DNA of 64,000 bases from Bdellovibrionota bacterium (GTDB taxonomy: Bacteria > Bdellovibrionota_G > JALEGL01 > DATDPG01), in the NCBI GenBank assembly GCA_963668355.1, contig OY764265.1, forward strand, positions 1,824,001 through 1,888,000, read 5' to 3'. Positions 18,132 through 28,749 of the stretch are shown here, in pieces. The translations under genes were made by a program, and so were the position numbers. The notes under the pieces are model-generated. The model was not told the origin of the DNA. It worked only from the letters and a program-made list of their open reading frames with translations, and searched no databases. How positions within the stretch are numbered: the stretch's first letter is position 1; each line of letters begins with the position of its first letter.

Positions 18132-19623
18132 TGGTGATGGTTTTGCTTTCATCACTTACCTTGAACACAATCTTGAAAGAGCCTTCGTCCAGAATAAAAG
18201 ATCCGGGACGCTTGGGAACGTTTTTCGCGGCTCTTGGATAGGGTTCCGACGCGAGATCTAAGGTCCGATGTCGAACATCTTCAAACTCTTCAAAGGTTAA
18301 CTCCTCCATTTGACTTTGTACGGTGGGCGAAAAGTAGAGCGAATATTTAGAGGTCTTGGGGGGGGTGTTCTTTAGGTCAATGAGTACCGGAGGATAAGAG
18401 GTGTTTTGGGGGTGAATTTGTCGCAGAGCTTTCGTGAGGCGGATGATTTCGTGGTCTGCCTTTTTTAGAAGCTTCTGAGGGTTATGATAGTAGAAAAGAG
18501 CACCCAGCCCACAGGCGATGACAATCAGAAGAAGGTTTTTAAAAATGGGATGTGTTTGAGGAGGCCGAATGGGGCGTCGATCAATCTTAGGTTTATTTTC
18601 GGCCAATTTTGTCTTGGTTAACGGATTTTGATGTTCTCCGGTGATGAGATCTCTGGGAGATTGTGTAGGTTTGAGCGTGGCTAACTCAGCCGCAGAAACA
18701 CCAAACAGATTTCGGACGTATGCGGCCAAGTCCATTTCAGTCACTTGCCCAAACGTGTCTTCTTGGAATTTTTCCAAAGCTCGAGCAAATTCTTCAGCGT
18801 TGGCGTAGCGTTTTCGAGGTTTTTTGTTAAGGGCTTTGCTTAAGATGTTCACCAGTTTTCGGGGCACTTTTGGATTGATGTCTCGGGGGTCCCTAAATTC
18901 TGCCCCTCGAACATGTTCCAACAATCGAATGTCCGTTTGCCCTTGAAAGTAGTTGTCCAACGTGAGCAATTCCCAAAACACAATTCCTGCGGAGTAGATA
19001 TCCGTTTTGAGATCGATCTCTTTTCCCATGGCTTGCTCGGGAGACATGTAACTGAATTTTCCTTTGAGAATTCCCGTTTGTGTAGAACTGGCGATATGTC
19101 CTGCCTTGGCAATGCCAAAGTCGAGGATTTTTACCTGTCCCCAAAGGGAGATCATGATGTTGTGCGGAGAAACGTCGCGGTGGACGATTTCCAAAGGTTG
19201 GTCAAAATTGTCTCTTTTGTGGTGAGCGTAATCCAGTGCTCGGAGAACCTGAATCATCATGGCGATGGACATATGCATGGGGAGTTCGACCTCCCTCATT
19301 TTGCAGCGGATCATAATGGATTTGAGATCCTTTCCCTGCACATATTCCATGGCGATGAAGTAGTCTCCATCCACGACCCCAAAGTCTAGGACGGGGACGA
19401 TGTTTGGGTGATTCAAACTCATGCTCAGCCGGGCTTCGTTGACCAACATGCTGACCAGTTTTTTATCCTGAGAAAACTGAGGAAGAATCCGTTTGATGGC
19501 GACCACAACATTGGGTCGCCCGCGATACTGGGCTTTGTAAACCTCTGCCATCCCGCCCATACCCAGCTTGGATACGAGATGATATTTGCCGAACCGAGGG
19601 GCTCCGCCGTATGGGTCGGTCAA
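18115..19623 (-). CDS. Membrane Hanks-type Ser/Thr kinase with C-terminal RelE/ParE-like domain
   Basis: LGMGGMAEVY, VAIK, HRDVSPHN, DFGIAK, YMSPEQ; TM LLLIVIACGLGALFYY; start inferred at TTG just after the upstream gene's stop. Confidence 0.88.
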   Translation of the reverse strand: MTDPYGGAPRFGKYHLVSKLGMGGMAEVYKAQYRGRPNVVVAIKRILPQFSQDKKLVSMLVNEARLSMSLNHPNIVPVLDFGVVDGDYFIAMEYVQGKDLKSIMIRCKMREVELPMHMSIAMMIQVLRALDYAHHKRDNFDQPLEIVHRDVSPHNIMISLWGQVKILDFGIAKAGHIASSTQTGILKGKFSYMSPEQAMGKEIDLKTDIYSAGIVFWELLTLDNYFQGQTDIRLLEHVRGAEFRDPRDINPKVPRKLVNILSKALNKKPRKRYANAEEFARALEKFQEDTFGQVTEMDLAAYVRNLFGVSAAELATLKPTQSPRDLITGEHQNPLTKTKLAENKPKIDRRPIRPPQTHPIFKNLLLIVIACGLGALFYYHNPQKLLKKADHEIIRLTKALRQIHPQNTSYPPVLIDLKNTPPKTSKYSLYFSPTVQSQMEELTFEEFEDVRHRTLDLASEPYPRAAKNVPKRPGSFILDEGSFKIVFKVSDESKTITITQLK

Positions 19624-19625
19624 TG

Positions 19626-20135
19626 CTACCTGCCTTGTCCCTGAATTTGGGCCAATCGGTTTTGAATATTGCCCAATAAGCGAGCTTCTTTTTGAGTGGA
19701 GCTTTCGGTTGGAATCCACTGATAGAGAGAGCCGGAAAATTCCGTTCCAGCTGTAATCGCATCGCTCATGTATTGCTCTTCATTGTCGATCTGAACTTCA
19801 ACCCCTTTTCGAGAAGGTTTGAAACGAAAAGAAAGCTTATATCGAATATTGTAGGGGATTCGGGCTTCTCCATATCCGGAATACAATCGATCAGATTTTC
19901 CCAAGATCCAGTCGGTGATGATGACGCCACTTTCTTTTTGGGAGGTGGCCAGTGGGTATTTTTGTTCGTCCAAGACTTCCTTTGTGGCTTGCCAGACATC
20001 CGAATAGCTTCCACGGAAGATTTTTTCCACGGCTTGTCGGGAAAAACTTTTGACTCCGGGTTCAGCAAAATCTTTGGAAGCACAAGAAGTGAACAATAAA
20101 CCAAGGCTTAGAAGAATAAGAATGCGACGTTTCAT
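19626..20135 (-). CDS. Lipoprotein, BamC/helix-grip-like
   Basis: Lipobox FTSC, YSDVWQATKEVL..SGVIITDW pattern. Confidence 0.7.
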   Translation of the reverse strand: MKRRILILLSLGLLFTSCASKDFAEPGVKSFSRQAVEKIFRGSYSDVWQATKEVLDEQKYPLATSQKESGVIITDWILGKSDRLYSGYGEARIPYNIRYKLSFRFKPSRKGVEVQIDNEEQYMSDAITAGTEFSGSLYQWIPTESSTQKEARLLGNIQNRLAQIQGQGR

Positions 20136-20179
20136 ACAGCTCAACAGAATATCACAGGGCAAAAAACAGGAAAAGTCGC

Positions 20180-20220
20180 TTGACAGTTCCTCATGAGCTC
20201 CGCTATAGCCTTGAGCTCAT
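20180..20220 (+). promoter_or_regulatory. sigma70 promoter with overlapping inverted repeat
   Basis: TTGACA-N18-TATAGC; ATGAGCTC-N12-GAGCTCAT brackets the -10. Confidence 0.5.
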
Positions 20221-20224
20221 TTTT

Positions 20225-20509
20225 ATGACCAAGCAGGAATTAATAGAAAAACTCGCCGAACGGCATAAACGAAGAAACGTTTCCAAAGCAGCCGCTTTCG
20301 ATGTCGTGGAAAGCCTGTTTCACAACTTAGGTATGGGCATTCGACGAGGAAAACGATTCACGTATCCAGGTTTTGGAACCTTCGTGGTTCGGAAGCGAAA
20401 AGAGCGAAAAGGTCGAAACCCTCAATCTGGGCAAGAAATTACCATCGCTGCTTCCAAAACCGTGGCCTTCCGTCCTGCTGCAGACTTAAAAGCGCGCTTG
20501 AAAAAGTAA
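20225..20509 (+). CDS. HU/IHF family DNA-binding protein
   Basis: MTKQELI, PGFGTF, RKGRNPQSG, FRPA. Confidence 0.93.
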   Translation: MTKQELIEKLAERHKRRNVSKAAAFDVVESLFHNLGMGIRRGKRFTYPGFGTFVVRKRKERKGRNPQSGQEITIAASKTVAFRPAADLKARLKK

Positions 20510-20512
20510 GTT

Positions 20513-22180
20513 TTACCCTTCTTCGATGTCGTATTTCTTGATCTTCTCGTGAAGCGTGGACTTGGCGATCCCTAAGGTTTTGGCAGCCTCTTTTTTATTC
20601 CAATTGTGGCGTTTGAGTTCCAGAACGATTTTTTCTTTCTCAATGTCCCGAAGGGTTCTTGTGACGGTTTGAGGGATTTTTTGGGTTTTTTCGTCAAACT
20701 CGTAAGCCGTGTCATCAGCAACGCCTAGGGGCGTGAACTGGATGTCTCCGGCGCTGATGATTCCCGTTTGGCAGTCCAGGACTGCACGGCTGATGACGTT
20801 CTTTAATTCTCGAATGTTACCGGGCCAGGCATAGTCCGTGAGTCGATCAATGGCGGAATCATCGATTTGTCGAATGGCTTTTTGTCTCCCAGAGGCGAAT
20901 TCTTGTTTGAGAAAATAGTCGACGAGAAGTCGAATGTCTTCTCTGCGTTCCCTTAATGGTGGAAGCTGAATGGGGACGACATAAAGTCGAAAGTATAGAT
21001 CTTCGCGAAACCTTCCCTTTTTCACCTCCACGGAAAGATTTCGATGGGTGGCGGCCACAACCCTCACATCCACGCGGATGGTTTGTGTTCCTCCCACACG
21101 CTTGATTTCATTGGTCTCTAGAACGCGAAGCAATTTGGGTTGTAAGTCCAACGGCAGTTCGCCAATCTCATCCAAAAAAAGCGTGCCTCCGTTGGCCTGT
21201 TCAAAGACACCTTTGCGTTGTTGATGAGCTGATGTGAACGCCCCTTTTTCATGACCAAACAACTCACTCTCGATTAAGTCTCTAGAGATGGCACCGCAAT
21301 TGACTGTGATGTAATTTTTCTTGGAGCGATTGCTTTGATTGTGGAGGGCGCGTGCGACAAGTTCTTTCCCGGTTCCCGTTTCACCATGAATTAGGACGGT
21401 CGTGTTCGAGGGGGCAACGCGTTCGATCAGCGTGAAAATTTTTCTCATTCGAGCATTGTTGGAGTGGATGCCTTCAAATTGGCTCTCAGATGAGGGTTGA
21501 ATGGGTTGCATCTCTTCGGCAGAAGAGAATCGCACCTCAACCTGTCCGATCTTAATTTTTGCGTTGGCCGTGAGGATGGCTTCCACGACAGGTTCTCCAT
21601 TGAGGAGTGTTCCGTTGGTGCTTTTCAGATCTTTGAGAAAATACGTTCCACTTCGGTTTTCGATCTTACAATGAGAGGTGGAAATATAGTCGTCAGTTAG
21701 AACGATGTCATTTGCCTCTCCTTTCCCGATAGAAATGATGGATTTGTTCAGCGTGAAGATTTTCTTGGGAGCTCCTTTCGTGACTTCCAAGATGGCTTTT
21801 TCCAATACCAGTTCACCCTTTGCCGGTTGATAGGAAAGAACGCGTGTGGGTTCTTTTTGTTCAACGGGAATTGTTCGCTCTTCTTGTCCTTCGTTGTTGC
21901 CAAAGAGAATCGTCCAATCTCCCATTTGGATCACATCGTTGCGTTTGAGAACTTGGGTGGAAACTCTTTCCTCATTCACGAAGGTTCCGTTGGTGGATTT
22001 ATCCGTAACCAAATACTGGTCGCCTTGTTTTAAAATGGTTAAGTGCACGCGGGAAATTCCAGGATCGGGCAAGCAAATGTCGTTTTGGCTGGAGCGCCCT
22101 ACGGTGGTGAGTTCTTTGGTGATGAAGTACTTCATCACCTCTTCATCATTTTTCCTAAGGGATAATTCGATCGATGGCAT
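20513..22180 (-). CDS. Double-FHA sigma54 enhancer-binding protein
   Basis: Two FHA domains (VGR..ISRVH..STNGT; IGK..ISTSH..STNGT), [23 protein letters not shown], Fis-type HTH. Confidence 0.92.
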   Translation of the reverse strand: MPSIELSLRKNDEEVMKYFITKELTTVGRSSQNDICLPDPGISRVHLTILKQGDQYLVTDKSTNGTFVNEERVSTQVLKRNDVIQMGDWTILFGNNEGQEERTIPVEQKEPTRVLSYQPAKGELVLEKAILEVTKGAPKKIFTLNKSIISIGKGEANDIVLTDDYISTSHCKIENRSGTYFLKDLKSTNGTLLNGEPVVEAILTANAKIKIGQVEVRFSSAEEMQPIQPSSESQFEGIHSNNARMRKIFTLIERVAPSNTTVLIHGETGTGKELVARALHNQSNRSKKNYITVNCGAISRDLIESELFGHEKGAFTSAHQQRKGVFEQANGGTLFLDEIGELPLDLQPKLLRVLETNEIKRVGGTQTIRVDVRVVAATHRNLSVEVKKGRFREDLYFRLYVVPIQLPPLRERREDIRLLVDYFLKQEFASGRQKAIRQIDDSAIDRLTDYAWPGNIRELKNVISRAVLDCQTGIISAGDIQFTPLGVADDTAYEFDEKTQKIPQTVTRTLRDIEKEKIVLELKRHNWNKKEAAKTLGIAKSTLHEKIKKYDIEEG

Positions 22181-22231
22181 TTCGCCAAAGATTAGCACAT
22201 GCACGCCAGAGCGGCTATTTCAACGGGAAAC

Positions 22232-22513
22232 TTAACGCAAAGATTGTTTGAGCGTGGGCGCAGGCCTAAACGTAATGGTTTTGTGTGCTTTGATCGTGAT
22301 GGTTTTTCCGGTTTGGGGGTTTCGACCTTTTCGCTCTTTTCGTTTCTTCAGATTGAACGCACCAAATCCAGGGTAGGTGAACTTTCCATCCTTCATGATG
22401 CCTTTGGCAAGGAGGTCAAAAACAGAGTCGACCATTTCAGCAATGGCTACACGCGGTAAGCCTCTAAGTTTATTGTCTTTATATACTCGCTCAATCAGTT
22501 CTGCTTTGGTCAT
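22232..22513 (-). CDS. HU/IHF family DNA-binding protein
   Basis: MTKAELI, PGFGAF, RKGRNPQTG, FRPA; TTGACA-N18-TATAAC promoter at 22543-22572. Confidence 0.93.
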   Translation of the reverse strand: MTKAELIERVYKDNKLRGLPRVAIAEMVDSVFDLLAKGIMKDGKFTYPGFGAFNLKKRKERKGRNPQTGKTITIKAHKTITFRPAPTLKQSLR

Positions 22514-22623
22514 AGTCCTTCCACCCCTAAAGATTTCATAGGGTTATAGGACGTGCATGCACATTGTGTCAAGGATCGGGAGGAATTGCGAAGGGGATCT
22601 TCCTTCGTTATAACGGTTAAACT

Positions 22624-23043
22624 TTGTGGACCAAGGCTTCAATGATTGTACTTTCCATTTTTCTGATTCAATGCGGAAGTCACTTTTCTTCGACGATTTC
22701 CAGTATGGCTCTTGATCCCAATCCCGCAGTGGTCCAATCCGGAATATGTACGAGTGATGCACAGCTGACCGCCACACAAAACTCGGGTTCCACCTTGGTT
22801 TCGTTGGTGGCATCTTTTCCGGATTCCCAGGGAAATGTGGTTGATTTTGAGTACGATGAGAACGCCATTTCAACCATTGTAAGTGATATATATGTTCCTC
22901 CACATGGAACAACGACCATCCATTTGGAGTTGAATTTGGAAGCCGAGTCTGTACCGCTCCCTGCCGAAGGTACAATCTTGGTTACGGGAGTTGGGGCGGG
23001 AGGAACCGTCCAGTTTGTGGGAGTCTTGACCTGCGAAGAGTAA
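22624..23043 (+). CDS. Hypothetical lipoprotein
   Basis: Lipobox-like LIQC, beta-rich body; TTGCGA-N17-TATAAC just upstream. Confidence 0.55.
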   Translation: MWTKASMIVLSIFLIQCGSHFSSTISSMALDPNPAVVQSGICTSDAQLTATQNSGSTLVSLVASFPDSQGNVVDFEYDENAISTIVSDIYVPPHGTTTIHLELNLEAESVPLPAEGTILVTGVGAGGTVQFVGVLTCEE

Positions 23044-23069
23044 TGTTCAAAAAAATGAGGAGAGGAATC

Positions 23070-24713
23070 ATGAGTCGAGAAGTTCGTGCGCCGCGAGGAA
23101 AAGAATTGAATTGCAAAGGATGGCAACAGGAAGCTGCTTTACGGATGTTGATGAACAATTTGGATCCGGAAGTGGCAGAGCGTCCAGAAGAACTTGTGAT
23201 TTACGGGGGTACGGGAAAAGCTGCTCGTTCTTGGGAAGATTTTGATCGAATTGTGGCCGCGCTTAAGCGCTTGGAAAACGATGAAACCTTATTGGTTCAA
23301 TCGGGTCGGGCTGTGGGAGTTATTAAGACGCACGAAGAAGCTCCACGGGTGTTGATTTCAAATTCGATGTTGGTTCCGGCTTGGGCGACGTGGGAGCATT
23401 TCTGGGAACTCGAGAAAAAGGGCCTCATCATGTACGGCCAAATGACTGCGGGAAGTTGGATTTACATTGGAACGCAAGGAATTTTGCAGGGAACCTATGA
23501 AACGTTTGCCGAAGCCGGGCGAAAGCATTTTGGCTCTTCGTTAAAAGGGAAGTTTATTTTGTCAGCGGGACTTGGAGGAATGGGCGGAGCTCAACCTCTT
23601 TCGGTGACCATGAACGAAGGGGTTTTCCTGGGCATCGAGATTGATCCCACGCGAGTTCAGAGACGTCTGGAGACCCGTTATTTAGATGAGGTTGCAGACG
23701 ACTTGGATGATGCTTTGTCTCGCGTGAAGAATGCCCAAGAAGAGGGACGGCCGCTTTCCATTGCTTTGGTGGCTAACGCAGCCGATGTGTACGACGAACT
23801 CGTGAAACGAGAGGTCTGGCCTGACTTGGTTACCGATCAAACTTCGGCCCATGACCCGCTTCGAGGTTACATTCCCCAAGGTTACTCCTTGGAAGAAGCG
23901 GAGAAACTTAGAAAAGATCATCCAGAGGAACATGTGAAAAAGGCTCAAGCTTCCATGGCTGTTCAAGTGAAAGCCATGTTAGCCATGCAAAAAAACGGCT
24001 CACATGTCTTCGATTACGGAAACAATATTCGGGCTCAGGCCCAAATTTCCGGAGTTGAAAATGCGTTTGATTTCCCAGGTTTTGTTCCGGCATACATTCG
24101 TCCTCTTTTCTGTGAAGGGAAGGGGCCGTTTCGGTGGGCGGTTCTCTCTGGTGATCCCGAAGATTTGAAGAAAACCGATGAGGCCATTTTGGAACTCTTC
24201 CCGGAAGATAAAGGCCTCAATCGATGGATTCAGATGGCCTCTGAGAGGGTTGCTTTCCAGGGGTTGCCATCCCGAATCTGTTGGTTGGGGTATGGGGAAC
24301 GCAGGAAAGCGGGCCTGAAATTCAATCAGCTGGTTCGAGAGGGCGTGGTGTCTGCACCCATTGTCATCGGTCGGGACCATTTGGACTGTGGCTCTGTGGC
24401 TTCTCCCAATCGCGAGACCGAAGGCATGAAAGACGGAAGTGATGCTATTGCGGACTGGCCAATGTTAAACGCCATGAGCAATGTTGCTTGTGGAGCTGCC
24501 TGGGTGAGCATTCATCACGGAGGGGGCGTCGGTATTGGATATTCCCTTCACGCTGGAATGGTTAGCTTGGCCGATGGATCGGAATCGGCGGATCGAAGAT
24601 TGTCACGCGTTTTGACTGCGGATCCTGCCATGGGAGTAATTCGACATGCAGATGCCGGATATGAAAAAGCGGAAGAGATTGCCAAAGAGCGGGGAGTGGA
24701 TTTAGCCAAATGA
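23070..24713 (+). CDS. hutU: Urocanate hydratase
   Basis: [45 protein letters not shown]. Confidence 0.97.
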   Translation: MSREVRAPRGKELNCKGWQQEAALRMLMNNLDPEVAERPEELVIYGGTGKAARSWEDFDRIVAALKRLENDETLLVQSGRAVGVIKTHEEAPRVLISNSMLVPAWATWEHFWELEKKGLIMYGQMTAGSWIYIGTQGILQGTYETFAEAGRKHFGSSLKGKFILSAGLGGMGGAQPLSVTMNEGVFLGIEIDPTRVQRRLETRYLDEVADDLDDALSRVKNAQEEGRPLSIALVANAADVYDELVKREVWPDLVTDQTSAHDPLRGYIPQGYSLEEAEKLRKDHPEEHVKKAQASMAVQVKAMLAMQKNGSHVFDYGNNIRAQAQISGVENAFDFPGFVPAYIRPLFCEGKGPFRWAVLSGDPEDLKKTDEAILELFPEDKGLNRWIQMASERVAFQGLPSRICWLGYGERRKAGLKFNQLVREGVVSAPIVIGRDHLDCGSVASPNRETEGMKDGSDAIADWPMLNAMSNVACGAAWVSIHHGGGVGIGYSLHAGMVSLADGSESADRRLSRVLTADPAMGVIRHADAGYEKAEEIAKERGVDLAK

Positions 24714-25906
24714 CGAGTTATACGATCATCAAAAATGTTTCTCAGCTCGTAGATTTTCGGGTTCGAGAAAAAATGGCCATGATTTTTCAAGGGGAAGACG
24801 TGGTGTGGGTCGGTCCCGAAAAGGAAATCCCCTCGGACTACCCGATTGAACAGGAAGTCGATGCTGAGGGCCGGTTGGTTACGGCGGGATTGGTGGATTG
24901 CCATACCCATCTCGTGTTTGCGGGCTCTCGTTCCGAAGAGTTTTTCAAACGTTTGCAAGGGACTTCGTATGAGGACATTGCTCGAAGCGGAGGGGGCATT
25001 GCCAGTACGGTGAAATCTACCCGTGAGGCGAGTGATGACGTGTTGAAGGATCTTCTTCGGAAACGATTGGATTCCTTTCTTTCCTACGGTGTGACGACCC
25101 TGGAGGTTAAGAGTGGTTATGGCCTTCGAACCGAGGATGAACTGAGAATTTTGAAAATTGCGAATGAAATGGATCATCCTGTCGAAATCGTTCCAACCTT
25201 TCTCGGGGCGCACGTAGTTCCTCCAGAGTTTGAGGGAAAGAGAGACGCGTACATCGAACTCGTCTGCGAAGAGATGATGCCCAAGGTCAAAGAACAGAAT
25301 TTGTCGAATATCTGTGATGTCTTTTGCGATGAGGGCGCCTTCACGGTGGAAGAAACTCGGAAGATTTTGGCTCGCGCGAAAGGTCTTGGTTTTAATGTCA
25401 AGTTGCATGCCGATCAATTGAAAGGAACGGGCGCAGCCGAATTGGCTGCAGAGTTCGGAGCTTTGTCTGCCGATCACTTGGAACAAATCAGCGAGGCAGG
25501 AATTTCTTCTTTGGCCAAAAGCGGAACCATTGCCGTATTGATTCCGGGATCCGTATTCTTTTTGGGGAAGAGGTCTTATGCTCCGGCTCGAAAGCTCATT
25601 GAGAAGAATGTGAATGTGGCCATTTCGACCGATTGCAATCCAGGAACCAGCTTAAGCGAAAACTTGCCTTTGATGATGAGTTTTGCCGCCGTGGAAATGA
25701 AAATGAGTGTCCAAGAAATCTGGGCGGGCGTGACGACGTTTCCGGCACAGGCGATGGGGCTGAAAGATCGCGGACGCTTTGCTCCGGGAATGGCTGCAGA
25801 TTTTGTGGTTTGGGACGCGGAAAATTGGGAAGAAGTTCCCTATCACTATGGATCCGTGAAGGCTCATGCGGTGTATAAGAAGGGGCGTCGCGTATACGCG
25901 GCTTGA
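24710..25906 (+). CDS. hutI: Imidazolonepropionase
   Basis: [42 protein letters not shown]. Confidence 0.95.
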   Translation: MTSYTIIKNVSQLVDFRVREKMAMIFQGEDVVWVGPEKEIPSDYPIEQEVDAEGRLVTAGLVDCHTHLVFAGSRSEEFFKRLQGTSYEDIARSGGGIASTVKSTREASDDVLKDLLRKRLDSFLSYGVTTLEVKSGYGLRTEDELRILKIANEMDHPVEIVPTFLGAHVVPPEFEGKRDAYIELVCEEMMPKVKEQNLSNICDVFCDEGAFTVEETRKILARAKGLGFNVKLHADQLKGTGAAELAAEFGALSADHLEQISEAGISSLAKSGTIAVLIPGSVFFLGKRSYAPARKLIEKNVNVAISTDCNPGTSLSENLPLMMSFAAVEMKMSVQEIWAGVTTFPAQAMGLKDRGRFAPGMAADFVVWDAENWEEVPYHYGSVKAHAVYKKGRRVYAA

Positions 25907-26000
25907 GACGCGGAAAAAATCTCCCTTTACGTTCTTAGGAGCCGTTGTTATCAAAGTCCGAAAAAGGGCGGCAATCTTTCGCATTTTTTAGGAGAGAATC

Positions 26001-27674
26001 ATGAAACTAGTTGAGTGTGTTCCGAATTTTAGTGAGGGTCGGGATCGATCCATCATTGATCAAATTGCGCGTGAGGTTGAAGAAACGGACGGAGTAAAGC
26101 TTCTAGACGTGGATCCGGGTGCAGATACCAATCGAACCGTGGTTACGTTTATTGGAGCGCCGGAGCTGGTTAAAGAGGCTGCGTTCAAATGCATTCAGAA
26201 AGCGGCCCAACTCATTGATATGAGAAAACACTCTGGGGCTCATGCTCGGCATGGGGCCACGGACGTTTGCCCTTTTGTTCCGGTGTGTGGCGTGACGATG
26301 GAAGACTGCGTGCAGATCGCCAAAGAGGTGGGCGAACGGGTTGGCCGTGAACTTGAGATTCCGATTTACCTTTACGAAAACGCGGCCACACGCCCCGAGC
26401 GGGTCAATCTCGCGGAGGTTCGTAAGGGAGAATATGAAGCCCTGGAAGAGAAGTTGAAAAAACCAGAGTGGAAACCGGACTTCGGTCCAGCCATTTTTAA
26501 TGCCAAGGCAGGTGCGACAAATATTAGCGCTCGGGAGTTTCTCATTGCCTATAACATCAACCTAAATACCAAAGATGCGAAACTGGCCAAAAAAGTGGCC
26601 TTTGGCCTTCGAGAGCAGGGGCGAATCAAAAGGAATGACCAGGGAAAATTCGTTCGGGATGAGCAGGGCAATCCGGTTTACGAACCCGGAAAGTTCAAGG
26701 GCGTGAAAGCCACAGGTTGGTATATTGATGAGTATGGTCAAGCGCAGATCACCATGAACATCACCAACTATAAGGTCGCTCCTTTTCATGAAATCTATGA
26801 AGAGGCTCGAAAGGACGCGGCGACGCTTGGTTTGACCGTTACGGGAAGCGAACTTGTGGGACTTCTCCCGAAAGAGCCCATGCTTTTGGCTGCGGATTAT
26901 TATCTCGCCAAGCAAGGCAAGCATTCGGGGATTCCCGAGAAAGACCGAATTCACATCGCCATCAAGTCCATGGGCTTGGAAGACATTTCTCCCTTTGACC
27001 CTCGCAAAAAAATCATTGAATACGCCTTCCAAAACGATGATGGAAAATTGGTGGGAATGAATCTGCGGAATTTCACGGACGAGCTGTCCAGCGATTCGCC
27101 CGCTCCGGGAGGTGGCAGCGTCGCGGCACTGGCCGGCGCCCAAGCGGCAGGGCTGGTGGCCATGGTCGGAAATCTTTCCCATGGAAAGAAAGCCTATCAA
27201 GCGTCCTGGGATGACTTGGCCAAGGCATCTGAGCGGGCTCAAACCCTGAAAGATCAATTCTTATCGGCCATCGATGAAGATACAGATGCCTTCAACGGAG
27301 TCATGGCCTGTTTTCGTCTTCCCAAGAATACTGAGGAAGAAAAGGTGGCTCGGGACGAGGCCATTCAGGAGGCCACCAAGGAGGCCACGCGGGTCCCTTT
27401 ACGCGTTTTAAAGATGCTTCCAGAGGTGTTGGATCTGGCCGCCCTGATGGCCAAGAAGGGGAATGAGAATTCCTTGAGCGATGCAGGCGTCGCCATGTCC
27501 ATGTCCAGATCGGCGGCGGAAGGCGCTTACATGAATGTCTTGATAAATCTTAAAGATATCAATGACATGGAGTTTGTTCAGTCCACAAAGGCCGAAGCGG
27601 AGGCGACGCTCCTTCAGGTTCGGGAAACCACGGACCGGGACCTGGATCCATTGTTGAAGGCTTTAAAATCATAG
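26001..27674 (+). CDS. ftcD: Bifunctional glutamate formiminotransferase/cyclodeaminase
   Basis: VECVPNFSEGRD, GATDVCPFVP, C-terminal SDSPAPGGGSVAAL cyclodeaminase domain. Confidence 0.92.
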   Translation: MKLVECVPNFSEGRDRSIIDQIAREVEETDGVKLLDVDPGADTNRTVVTFIGAPELVKEAAFKCIQKAAQLIDMRKHSGAHARHGATDVCPFVPVCGVTMEDCVQIAKEVGERVGRELEIPIYLYENAATRPERVNLAEVRKGEYEALEEKLKKPEWKPDFGPAIFNAKAGATNISAREFLIAYNINLNTKDAKLAKKVAFGLREQGRIKRNDQGKFVRDEQGNPVYEPGKFKGVKATGWYIDEYGQAQITMNITNYKVAPFHEIYEEARKDAATLGLTVTGSELVGLLPKEPMLLAADYYLAKQGKHSGIPEKDRIHIAIKSMGLEDISPFDPRKKIIEYAFQNDDGKLVGMNLRNFTDELSSDSPAPGGGSVAALAGAQAAGLVAMVGNLSHGKKAYQASWDDLAKASERAQTLKDQFLSAIDEDTDAFNGVMACFRLPKNTEEEKVARDEAIQEATKEATRVPLRVLKMLPEVLDLAALMAKKGNENSLSDAGVAMSMSRSAAEGAYMNVLINLKDINDMEFVQSTKAEAEATLLQVRETTDRDLDPLLKALKS

Positions 27675-27732
27675 GAAATAAGGGACGGGACCGCTTTGGC
27701 CCAAAAAACCTGGATTTAAGGGAGAATCGTGC

Positions 27733-27761
27733 TTGACAGTCTGCCTCTATCCCTTTAGAAG
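27733..27761 (+). promoter_or_regulatory. sigma70 promoter of rplM-rpsI
   Basis: TTGACA-N17-TAGAAG. Confidence 0.6.
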
Positions 27762-27787
27762 TACGCGTCTTTTTTAAGGAAAAAATC

Positions 27788-28228
27788 ATGCGAACCAAGA
27801 CGTATTCACAGCGAAAAGAAGATGTCCAGCAGGGTTGGCGGATTGTTGATGCAGACGGCAAAGTATTGGGCCGTTTGGCAACAAGGGTCGCAACTTCTCT
27901 GCGTGGCAAAGATAAACCCACATTTACGCCTCATGTTGACGGTGGCGACTTTGTTGTTGTTGTAAACGCGGACAAAGTAAAGATGACCGGAACCAAATTG
28001 GAAAAGAAAGTCTATTATCGTCACACGGGATGGCGCGGTGGTTTGAAAGAGAAAACCGCCGAGAAGATGGTTCAGGAGAAACCGGAAGAGGTTATCCGAA
28101 AGGCGGTCTACGGAATGTTGCCCAAAGGTCCTTTGGGAAGACAGATGTTGACGAAACTAAAAATCTATTCGGGTGCTGAGCATCCTCATTCGGCGCAGCA
28201 ACCGAAACCTCTCGAAGGAATTGCATAA
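27788..28228 (+). CDS. rplM: 50S ribosomal protein L13
   Basis: [36 protein letters not shown]. Confidence 0.98.
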   Translation: MRTKTYSQRKEDVQQGWRIVDADGKVLGRLATRVATSLRGKDKPTFTPHVDGGDFVVVVNADKVKMTGTKLEKKVYYRHTGWRGGLKEKTAEKMVQEKPEEVIRKAVYGMLPKGPLGRQMLTKLKIYSGAEHPHSAQQPKPLEGIA

Positions 28229-28242
28229 AGGGAATCGTTTTC

Positions 28243-28641
28243 ATGGCAAAGTTACAGTACAAATATACCGGGGTTGGCAAACGCAAGACGGCGGTTGCAC
28301 GTGTTTATATGAATCCTGGCGAAGGAAAGTTTGTCGTCAATAAGCGAGCCTTGGAAGAGTATTTTTCGACCAAAGCGCTTCAAACGACGGTTCAGGAAGC
28401 TTTTGAATTGACAGGAACCACGGGAAAGTTCGACGTAAATGTCCGAGTGATCGGTGGTGGCGTGTCTGGGCAGGCACAGGCTGTGCGACACGCAATTTCT
28501 CATGCCCTATTGGAGGTTGAAGATGAGAACCGTTCGAAATTGAAGAGTGCTGGGTTGATCACTCGGGACGCTCGAAAGAAAGAACGCAAGAAATATGGAC
28601 AACCTGGAGCTAGAAAGCGCTTCCAATACTCGAAGCGATAA
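28243..28641 (+). CDS. rpsI: 30S ribosomal protein S9
   Basis: GKRKTAVARV, GGGVSGQA, ERKKYGQPGARKRFQYSKR. Confidence 0.98.
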   Translation: MAKLQYKYTGVGKRKTAVARVYMNPGEGKFVVNKRALEEYFSTKALQTTVQEAFELTGTTGKFDVNVRVIGGGVSGQAQAVRHAISHALLEVEDENRSKLKSAGLITRDARKKERKKYGQPGARKRFQYSKR

Positions 28642-28667
28642 TTCATTCTCCAGAAAAGAAAATTTTG

Positions 28668-28698
28668 GAAAAAAGGGGCTTAAAGAGCCCCTTTTTTC
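28668..28698. terminator. Bidirectional intrinsic terminator
   Basis: GAAAAAAGGGGCT-TAAAG-AGCCCCTTTTTTC. Confidence 0.8.
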
Positions 28699-28749
28699 TT
28701 GGTATTTTCTTAATTTCAACAATCCAAGATAGAAGGATGTAGGGGACTT

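Noticed and set aside
22195..22562. Shared GTGCATG motif in two promoters and a TGGC..TGC sigma54-like site near 22200
   Set aside because: Motif is short and its position is inconsistent; spacing is GG-N9-GC, not N10
24548..25486. 312-aa minus-strand ORF
   Set aside because: Antisense shadow of hutU/hutI
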